A DNA stretch of 64,000 nucleotides from Longimicrobiales bacterium (lineage in GTDB: Bacteria > Gemmatimonadota > Gemmatimonadetes > Longimicrobiales > Gaopeijiaceae), in contig OY730414.1 in assembly GCA_963422615.1 (NCBI GenBank), forward strand, positions 744,001 to 808,000, written 5' to 3'. The notes under the pieces are model-generated. The model was not told the origin of the DNA, did no database searches, and saw nothing but the letters and a program-made list of their open reading frames with translations. The position numbers were made by a program, and so were the translations under genes. This document shows, in pieces, positions 56,992 to 64,000 of this stretch (positions are counted from its first letter, which is position 1; every line of letters begins with the position of its first letter).

Positions 56992-58232
56992 CTTTGCCCG
57001 CCGGCGGGCAAAGTCGCTGGGGCTTGGAGGATCCTACAGCCTGTCGCAGTCTGCACCCCACGGTAGAGACCGGCCTGGAGTGGTTTCTTCGGGACCGGGG
57101 GGCCAAGGGCGGCCTTTCCGACGCTCGGCTGGGAATGATCGTCCACCCTGCTTCTGTCACGTCCGGCCTTGCTTTCGGCGTTGACGCCGTGCGGGCGGCT
57201 GGCTTTGATGTGCGCGCCCTCTTCGGGCCGCAGCACGGGGCCCGGGGGGAAAAACAGGACAACATGATCGAATCCGGGGACTACACGGATCCGGTCACTG
57301 GGCTCCCGGTCCACTCGCTGTACGGGGAGGTGCGAAAACCCACGCCGGCAATGCTCTCTGGCCTGGACGCGCTCCTCTTCGACCTTCAGGACGTGGGCGT
57401 CCGGGTCTATACCTTCGTGTGGACGATGGCCCTGGCCATGGAAGCCTGTGCAGAAGCCGGGATCCCCTTTGTTGTCCTGGATCGCCCGAACCCGCTAGGC
57501 GGGGGGTTGCGCGAAGGCCCGGTCTTGCGGAAGGGATACGAGTCCTTCGTGGGCCTCCACCCGGTCCCGCTGCGCCACGGACTCACCTGCGGGGAGCTGG
57601 CGAGGTGGCTGAATGGCAACCGTATGATCGGATGTCAACTATACGTGTATCCCTGCGAGGGCTGGCGGCGGCGGATGATTTGGGCCGATACGGGACTTCC
57701 GTGGGTCATGCCCAGTCCGAACCTTCCCACTCCAAAGTCCTGCGTCGTGTATCCGGGAATGGTGCTCCTGGAGGGCACCAACCTGTCGGAGGGACGGGGC
57801 ACGACCCGGCCCTTCGAGCTGTTCGGCGCCCCTTGGCTGGACCCGTCGGCCCTCGTGGCGCGCCTGGCCAGGGCGCGCCTGCCCGGCGTCATTTTCCGCC
57901 CCTGCCACTTCGAGCCGACGTTTCAGAAACATGCGGGCCAGCTGTGCGGTGGCGCCCAGCTCCATGTGACCGATCCCGGCACCTTCGAGCCCGTGCGAAC
58001 CGCCGTGGAGGTTCTTGCAGCGACCCGCGCTCTGGCCCCGGAGGATTTCGCGTGGCGGAAGCCCCCTTACGAGTATGAAGCGCGGCTGCTGCCCATCGAC
58101 ATCCTGTGGGGCCACGATGGCCTGAGAGCCGGTTTGGAGGCGGGTGCAGGTGCCGGTGAAATCCTTGAACGGGCGGACCGGGAGGTCGAGTCCTTCAGCG
58201 CCAAGGTGGAGGAGTTTCTGCTGTACGGGTAA
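56988..58232 (+). CDS. namZ: Exo-beta-N-acetylmuramidase NamZ family (DUF1343)
   Basis: 'LFGPQHG', 'HSLYG', 'FDLQDVGVRVYTF', 'LDRPNP', 'PSPNLPT', 'SEGRGTTRPFE'. Confidence 0.9.
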   Translation: MTLPAGGQSRWGLEDPTACRSLHPTVETGLEWFLRDRGAKGGLSDARLGMIVHPASVTSGLAFGVDAVRAAGFDVRALFGPQHGARGEKQDNMIESGDYTDPVTGLPVHSLYGEVRKPTPAMLSGLDALLFDLQDVGVRVYTFVWTMALAMEACAEAGIPFVVLDRPNPLGGGLREGPVLRKGYESFVGLHPVPLRHGLTCGELARWLNGNRMIGCQLYVYPCEGWRRRMIWADTGLPWVMPSPNLPTPKSCVVYPGMVLLEGTNLSEGRGTTRPFELFGAPWLDPSALVARLARARLPGVIFRPCHFEPTFQKHAGQLCGGAQLHVTDPGTFEPVRTAVEVLAATRALAPEDFAWRKPPYEYEARLLPIDILWGHDGLRAGLEAGAGAGEILERADREVESFSAKVEEFLLYG

Positions 58233-58248
58233 CAGCCCTTTGTATCGA

Positions 58249-59478
58249 TCATCCGCGATCCTTCCACAGACGGACGGTGAAACGGTACTCTTCTTCGATC
58301 AGATCCGGTTCGGTACCGTTGTGCGCCCGCATGGCGGGGATGACCTTGTTCCTCACGCCCATGCCGCGGGCATCGACATAGCCGTAATCCCGCATGACGT
58401 TGACCAGCGTCTGGTTGCGAGCGTAGCGCGCGCCCGCCTTCATCCCTTCGGGCGTCACCGTGTTGGGCAGGCGACCCGGGCTCACGACCTCCAGGCGATC
58501 GGAAAAGATCGCCAACATCACGTCGGTCCCGGTGATGCTGTAGTCCCGGTGTACCACGGCGTTGACGATGGCTTCGCGCACGGCTTCCTCGGGGTACTCC
58601 CAGCGGTCGATCCGGCGCGCACCCTCCAGGCGGGCGGAGGGCATGGTGTTGCGCCGGACGAAATCCCAGGCTCGGTCTACGATTCCCGGCTCAACGATCA
58701 AGCCGTCACGGGTCCCCAAGGGGACCAGAGGACCCTTGACGTCCTCATCCGCGCGGGTTGCATAATCCATCTCCTTGCCGGGGAAACAGATCGCCCGGAT
58801 GCCGGACTGAGGGAGGAACCGGCCCGGATTGGCGCCGAAGAGAAGCATTCCATCAATGGCGGCGGCGACCCGACCTGCCGATGGGGTGGCGAGGTCCAGG
58901 TTCCGAAGAAGTCGTGTCCACTGGGCGGCATCCCCGTCGGGATCGATGTCCATGCCCAGGACCCGCCCGAAATAGTCGCGCAGCCGCCGCCGGTCCAGGG
59001 TGTCCAGGGTTGCGCCGGACACGGGCTTGCGGCCGTACTGGATGCGCCCCGACTGCTGGTACAGACGCTCTTCCTCTTCCCGTATCGCATCCCGGGTCGT
59101 GGTTCCCACCCGCACTCGAGTGACCCAGGCCGACCCCCGTTTGGCCTTGTAGGGCTTGTCCGGCGCGTTTGCGGTGAGAGAGACGACCCCGACGATCACG
59201 CTCGGCTGCCACTCCAATGCCTCCCAGTAGGGAATTGTCCCGGGCTGGACGTGATCCCGGGCCACCTGCATGACCCACTCCTCTGCTTGGCGCGGGTCGC
59301 GGGAGAGACCGGAAACCGAGCCGTCATCCTCAACCCCCAGGAAAATGCGTCCGCCCTCCAGATTGAGGAGGGCCGCGATCTCCCGGGCGAGCTTCTCCGG
59401 GGAAACGTCGTCACGCTTGAACTCAACCCCGGAGTTTTCCCCGTTGTGGATCGCCTCGATCAGCTGGGCTCTGGTCAC
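58249..59478 (-). CDS. AlbA_2 (Schlafen-like) + HATPase_c_4 protein
   Basis: 'GENSGVEFKR', 'AALLNLEGGRIFLGVEDDG', 'REAIVNAVVHRDY', 'SPGRLP', 'RNQTL...GMGV'. Confidence 0.88.
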   Translation of the reverse strand: MTRAQLIEAIHNGENSGVEFKRDDVSPEKLAREIAALLNLEGGRIFLGVEDDGSVSGLSRDPRQAEEWVMQVARDHVQPGTIPYWEALEWQPSVIVGVVSLTANAPDKPYKAKRGSAWVTRVRVGTTTRDAIREEEERLYQQSGRIQYGRKPVSGATLDTLDRRRLRDYFGRVLGMDIDPDGDAAQWTRLLRNLDLATPSAGRVAAAIDGMLLFGANPGRFLPQSGIRAICFPGKEMDYATRADEDVKGPLVPLGTRDGLIVEPGIVDRAWDFVRRNTMPSARLEGARRIDRWEYPEEAVREAIVNAVVHRDYSITGTDVMLAIFSDRLEVVSPGRLPNTVTPEGMKAGARYARNQTLVNVMRDYGYVDARGMGVRNKVIPAMRAHNGTEPDLIEEEYRFTVRLWKDRG

Positions 59479-59510
59479 GGCCGGGTTCTTCTCCGCCAAG
59501 GGGATTTCTT

Positions 59511-62222
59511 CTAAGGGGTTCCTTCTTCTTCCTCTTCCCCTTCCGGCGGCTTCCAAAAATCCGGATTCGTCGGCGCAGCCGTCGCAACTTGCGCGCTGTA
59601 CATTGTCGCGTTGAAGAGGATTCGGAAATTGTCGAAGGGCTGGCCGCGCCACTGGGGCTTCATCCCCAGGAGGACGACGTGTCCGTCTCCGTGAACCACG
59701 TCCAGGGCGGCGGCGTATCCTTGCAGGTGCTCTTCCCCCAGCAGGTAGCCGGACAGCAGAGGGGAGCCGTCCTTCGGGTATTTGGCCAGAACGGATCCCT
59801 GAAAGTCGTCTTCGGTGGTGAAGACGGGGCTTCGCTCCACCACCACCTTGGCCCTGAGCGGCATGCCCGACATCACGGGGTGGGAGGGATCGACCACCAT
59901 TTCCACGATGGAACCGCTCATGAAGTACTCGGCGGGGTCCAGTTCGGCAATGACATTCCTGACGGGCAGGTGGAGCTGTTCAATGGCGAAGAGACTTGCG
60001 TTGTTCAGGGTCACTAGGGTGCCACCCCCTCGAACGAAGCCGTCCAACTCCCGGACCCCGGGCGCGCCAATTCCACCTTCGTAGCGCGGCGGAACGGATC
60101 CCTTGGCGAAGCCGTTCAGAATCTGGTTGGCGCTCATGTCGGCCACGATGATCACGTCGTAGCGGTTCCGAAGGCTGCCGGCGAGGATGTCCGCGTTGTA
60201 GAGGCTGGCGAAGTCGAAGTCATACGCCTCCAGCAACCACCGCGTCCATCCCTCGTCCATGGAAGGATTCCAGGGACGGTAGAGACCGATCCTGGGGCGG
60301 GACACTTCGGTGCTTCCGCCCGCTCCCCGGTCGCTCACCCGGAGGTGAAGCTCTGAAACGAGGCTGCTTCGGGCCGCTCCGGAAATGTCGGTGACCCAAT
60401 ACCGCCCCGAGGTTCCGGCCTCCCCGTTTTCGCCGGGGTTGCCAGGCGCGAAACGAACGCGGCCACCTTGGGCCCAAGCCCGATTGATGGCCCTGAAGGC
60501 GTTGTTCTGGGCCGGATCGAGGACCAGGCTGTTCCCGCCTCCGGCGGTCCCCTCCGGGGGAACGATGGCCGCCGCGACAGGGTGGCTGTTGAATCCCACA
60601 CCGGGAGGGGAATCGAACGGGGCCGCGTCCTCCACGCCTGCATCCCAAGGAATCGGCTCTGCGGCCACGGCGCTCATGGCTTCCCGAACGGCGTCCGTCA
60701 ACGGAGACGACGCCTCCACGATCTGGACGCCCATCAGGTATTGCAGCGTCCACCCCGACACATCATAGGGCTGGTCCGGTGGACCCTCCGGATACTGGCG
60801 GAGGTCCGGATATTCCTGCACGGCAAAGAGCTGGCGGACGAAGTTGGCGAACTCCTGGTCCATGGGGATGACCCACGTTCCCGCCCGATGGACGATCCCC
60901 TCAAAGGAAACGGTTTCGTCCAGTTGATGGATTTCAATGCCGTTGAAGGCCAGCCGCCGGAGCATTTCCACCGCCGCAACCGGGTCTCGCTGTTCTTCCG
61001 GAACGAAGTACGCGTACGGTGGTTGGCTGGTGTACTGGGCGACGACATCGCGCCCGGCTTGGTATCGGTTGTACAGAATGTCCACCCTGTACTTGGCGGC
61101 GAAATCCAGAACCGAGACGGACGCCGTGAGCATGTAGTCCACCGCGTCCCGGAGGCGCCACCACCCACCTTCCCACGGGCTGCTGTAGAGGGACTGGGGC
61201 CGGAGATCCCTTGTGCGAGGGGGAAAATCCTGAATCGTGTAGAAGCGCGGAGTCGCGTATCGGTACAAACCTGTCTCGGTCAGGAACGAGACCACGTTGT
61301 GAAAGTTGTTGGCGTGGTCCATGAAGCCGGGATACCAGTTGTCGAAGCCTGTTCCCATGTGGGTGGCGCCCTTCTGGCCGCGCTCTTCCAGGGCCTGGGC
61401 CATGGACATGCCGATCAGATTCACGGTTCGCCACATGAGGGGATGCACGTGAGGAGAGATGGGTTCTGCAAAGGGTGGGATCCAGATCCGGGTGGGGAAA
61501 GGCGAACTCTGGTGGTGGTTGTACAGGATCTGAGGCTCCCACTCCCGAACGACCCGGGTTGCCATCCGGGACTCGATCTGGTTGATCATGTACCCGTCCC
61601 GGTTGTTGTCGTGGCCGATGTACTTCTGGTACAGAAAGGGGGCGGGGGAGACCTCGAACGGCGTCCCCAGGTTGGACCGGTACCATTCGGCGATTAGGGT
61701 CTGACCGTCCGGGTTGATCGAGGGCCAGAGCATGAGAATGACGTTGTCCAGGATGGCCTGCACCTCGGGATCCTCGTCTCCGGTCACCAAGTCGTATGCC
61801 AGCTGGATCGTGTGCTGGGCGTGGGCCACCTCGGTGGCGTGAAGCCCCCCGTCGATGTGCACAATTGCCCTGCCTTCGTCGGCCAGGGCTCGAGCGTCGG
61901 CGTCGGAGAGTCCCTTGGGGTGGGCCAGCCGAAGCGCGATCTCCTTGTGCCGTTCCACATCCCGCAGGTTCTGGGCGCTGGAGATGAGGGCGATGTACAC
62001 GGGCCGGCCGAAGGATGTCCTCCCCACCTCTCGTAGCTCCAGCCGGTCGCTGGCGGCGTCCAGACGCTGGAAGTACTCAATGGATTCCTCGAAGCTGGCC
62101 AAATAGAAATCCTCGCCCACCGGGTGCCCCAGCACCGACTCCGGGGTGGGGATTTGGGCATGGAGAGGAAAACAGGAAACGACCGCCAACGCCAAGCCAA
62201 CTGTTGTTACTCCGGGATGCAT
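59511..62222 (-). CDS. M14 zinc carboxypeptidase family protein with C-terminal GATase-like domain
   Basis: Signal peptide, 'VGRTSFGR', HxxE 'GLHATE', 'NPDG', 'HDNNRD', 'YNHHQ', 'MDEGWTRW'. Confidence 0.9.
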   Translation of the reverse strand: MHPGVTTVGLALAVVSCFPLHAQIPTPESVLGHPVGEDFYLASFEESIEYFQRLDAASDRLELREVGRTSFGRPVYIALISSAQNLRDVERHKEIALRLAHPKGLSDADARALADEGRAIVHIDGGLHATEVAHAQHTIQLAYDLVTGDEDPEVQAILDNVILMLWPSINPDGQTLIAEWYRSNLGTPFEVSPAPFLYQKYIGHDNNRDGYMINQIESRMATRVVREWEPQILYNHHQSSPFPTRIWIPPFAEPISPHVHPLMWRTVNLIGMSMAQALEERGQKGATHMGTGFDNWYPGFMDHANNFHNVVSFLTETGLYRYATPRFYTIQDFPPRTRDLRPQSLYSSPWEGGWWRLRDAVDYMLTASVSVLDFAAKYRVDILYNRYQAGRDVVAQYTSQPPYAYFVPEEQRDPVAAVEMLRRLAFNGIEIHQLDETVSFEGIVHRAGTWVIPMDQEFANFVRQLFAVQEYPDLRQYPEGPPDQPYDVSGWTLQYLMGVQIVEASSPLTDAVREAMSAVAAEPIPWDAGVEDAAPFDSPPGVGFNSHPVAAAIVPPEGTAGGGNSLVLDPAQNNAFRAINRAWAQGGRVRFAPGNPGENGEAGTSGRYWVTDISGAARSSLVSELHLRVSDRGAGGSTEVSRPRIGLYRPWNPSMDEGWTRWLLEAYDFDFASLYNADILAGSLRNRYDVIIVADMSANQILNGFAKGSVPPRYEGGIGAPGVRELDGFVRGGGTLVTLNNASLFAIEQLHLPVRNVIAELDPAEYFMSGSIVEMVVDPSHPVMSGMPLRAKVVVERSPVFTTEDDFQGSVLAKYPKDGSPLLSGYLLGEEHLQGYAAALDVVHGDGHVVLLGMKPQWRGQPFDNFRILFNATMYSAQVATAAPTNPDFWKPPEGEEEEEGTP

Positions 62223-62272
62223 ATGGGATTCCCTTCCAGGCTGATGAGCCTCACGCTTGTGTCTACGCCACC

Positions 62273-63670
62273 TCAAGCCGTGACGATGGGCCAGGCGGGC
62301 CAGGAACGCCACCGACCCCGAGTGAAGTCCGGGAACGAGACCGGGGCGCTGCCCCGGGCCACGCTGATTTCGGAAAGTTCGCACACCGCGCTCAGAGCCG
62401 CCGCATCGTAGACGTTCATGTCCGTGGGCAGCCCTTCGCGCAGACATTTTACCAGCCGGTAGTCCTCCATGAAATCCATGCCTCCGTGTCCGGCCCCGAT
62501 GGAAGCGTCCCGGAGCGCGGTCCACAACGGGTGTTCGAAGGCCTCGTAGTAGGCCTCCGCGTCTTCCCAAAGGTGCTCCGGGCTCCGCCCTTCGATGTAC
62601 ACGCGGTCCGGGTAGCCCTGGAAGATCCCCCGCGTTCCCTGCACTTGGTTGATGCGGCTGTAGGGCCGGGGGAGGTTGGTGTCGTGGGAGACGTAGATGG
62701 TGCGACCCTGGGCGGTCTTGATGAGACTGCCGTTCACATCCCCCAGGGCAAAGGTTTCCGCCCGCTTCGGATGTCCTTCGGGGTAGTGCGCGGCAGCCCA
62801 GTCCTGGAGCCCACGGGACGGGCTGCTCATGGACACCATCGACTCGAATCGGTCCCCCCGGTTGATGTCCATGCAATTGGCGACCGGGCCCAGCCCGTGG
62901 GTGGGGTACAGGTTTCCGTTCCGGGTCCAGGCGTGGTCGCGCCGCCACAACCCTTCCCCATCATCGGCGAACTTGATCGCGCGGAGATCGTGGAGATAGC
63001 CGCATTCGGCGTGAAGGACTTCGCCCAACAGGCCCTGCCGGACCAGGTTGAGGCACAGGAGCTCGGCCCGCCCGTAGTTGACGTTTTCCATCATGACGCA
63101 GTGACGAGCGGTTCTCTCGGCGGTTTCCACCAGCTTCCAGCAGTCCTCCAAGGTGTAGGCGGCGGGAACCTCGGTTGCCGCGTGCTTGCCGTTCTCCATG
63201 GCTGCGATGCAGACGGGAACGTGCCAGCGCCAAGGCGTGGCGGTGTACACCAAGTCCAGGTCCTCTTGGGCGCACAGTCGCTCGAAATCGGTTTCCCCCT
63301 GAGTGTAAAGCATCGGCCTTGGATGCCCTGCTTCCTCGATGATGGCAGCGGCCCGCTCGGCGTGGGGAACCCGGATGTCACATACGGCTGTGATCCCGCA
63401 CCCTTCGATTCGCGCCAGATTCCGCACGTGCGCCGTCCCCATTCCCCCCGTGCCCACGAAGCCGATCCGGACCCGGTCAACGGGAGGGGCCGTAAGGGGC
63501 GCGCTGGGCGGGGGCTCCATTCCCCGGGGGACGACGGCCGTTCCAGACCCGGGCGGCGGGGTTCCCGACGGGACAGCTCCAGACCCTGCGCAGCCGGCGA
63601 TCGCGCCCGTGGCTGCCCCCGTAGCCCCCGCCTTCAGGAATTCCCTTCGGTCCATTCTCTCATTACTCAT
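62273..63670 (-). CDS. Tat-exported Gfo/Idh/MocA oxidoreductase, GH109 (alpha-N-acetylgalactosaminidase-like)
   Basis: 'DRREFLK' Tat; 'GTGGMG'; 'ATPWRWH', 'MMENVNY', 'YLHDLR', 'YPTHGLGP', 'GHGGMD'. Confidence 0.9.
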   Translation of the reverse strand: MSNERMDRREFLKAGATGAATGAIAGCAGSGAVPSGTPPPGSGTAVVPRGMEPPPSAPLTAPPVDRVRIGFVGTGGMGTAHVRNLARIEGCGITAVCDIRVPHAERAAAIIEEAGHPRPMLYTQGETDFERLCAQEDLDLVYTATPWRWHVPVCIAAMENGKHAATEVPAAYTLEDCWKLVETAERTARHCVMMENVNYGRAELLCLNLVRQGLLGEVLHAECGYLHDLRAIKFADDGEGLWRRDHAWTRNGNLYPTHGLGPVANCMDINRGDRFESMVSMSSPSRGLQDWAAAHYPEGHPKRAETFALGDVNGSLIKTAQGRTIYVSHDTNLPRPYSRINQVQGTRGIFQGYPDRVYIEGRSPEHLWEDAEAYYEAFEHPLWTALRDASIGAGHGGMDFMEDYRLVKCLREGLPTDMNVYDAAALSAVCELSEISVARGSAPVSFPDFTRGRWRSWPAWPIVTA

Positions 63671-63695
63671 GTCAAAATGCGGTTATATTCCGGTC

Positions 63696-64000
63696 ATGAA
63701 GACTCGCCGCTTGTACGGGCGCATCAACAGGGCCGCGGTCACCGTCGTATTTTTCATTGTTGTCCACGGGTGTGCCAGGGGTGGGAGTGGGGCGCCCGGG
63801 TTTGGGACTCGGCCCGGGGCGGCCACAGCGGACAGGCTGGGAGCTCTGTACCTGGCTCGCGCCGACAGTACGCTTCAGGACTTCCACGAGGCCGATGTCC
63901 GCTTCATGACGGGCATGATCGGGCACCACGCCCAGGCCCTGGTCATGGCCGGATTCGCCCCGGGTAACGGGGCGAGCTCGGCGATCCGGACGCTCTGTGC
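63696..64000 (+). CDS. DUF305 (ferritin-like) protein, truncated by window end
   Basis: Not in the ORF track; manual translation gives signal/lipobox-like 'VHGC' and 'EADVRFMTGMIGHHAQALVMA'. Confidence 0.82.
   Translation, partial: MKTRRLYGRINRAAVTVVFFIVVHGCARGGSGAPGFGTRPGAATADRLGALYLARADSTLQDFHEADVRFMTGMIGHHAQALVMAGFAPGNGASSAIRTLC

Noticed and set aside
62223..62948. N-terminal extensions of ORF-track calls (59511..62948, 5322..7211, 16439..17995, 19107..21152)
   Set aside because: They overlap neighbouring real genes in another frame; signal peptides, RBS and stop/start overlaps indicate later starts, not fusions

Overview
GC-rich bacterial chromosomal segment with about 47 protein-coding genes and no rRNA, tRNA, CRISPR array or transposase that I can support. 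The gene content (many secreted/lipoprotein hydrolases, LVIVD and YncE beta-propellers, CBM9-DUF5916, PorV-like barrel, DUF4159/MoxR cluster, Ig-repeat protein) suggests Gemmatimonadota, possibly marine or host-associated; this is inference only. Main blocks: (1) 80-8728 minus-strand run of exported metallo-enzymes and propellers; (2) 9115-18363 VWA protein and housekeeping genes (thyX, aldehyde dehydrogenase, LMW-PTP, O-methyltransferase, aminotransferase); (3) 18532-21152 operon with a Cys-free DsbA-fold protein and a DEAD-box helicase homolog with degenerate ATPase motifs; (4) 21674-30902 outer-membrane and transport genes; (5) 30960-32201 hairpin-rich intergenic element, palindrome-rich operator and MerR-like regulator; (6) 32363-54698 msrPQ followed by a large DUF4159/VWA/TPR-metallopeptidase/MoxR/DUF58/BatA/DUF4175-like cluster, interrupted at about 42180-46850 by an accessory island carrying a decayed XRE+hypothetical module and an intact Menshen-like (DUF262, DUF3696 ATPase, effector) anti-phage operon; (7) 54809-64000 Ig-repeat protein, SRPBCC, NamZ, AlbA_2/HATPase_c_4 protein, M14 peptidase, GH109 and a truncated DUF305 gene. 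All family calls are from motif recognition by eye, not database searches; several start codons were re-picked from the ORF track and are uncertain.
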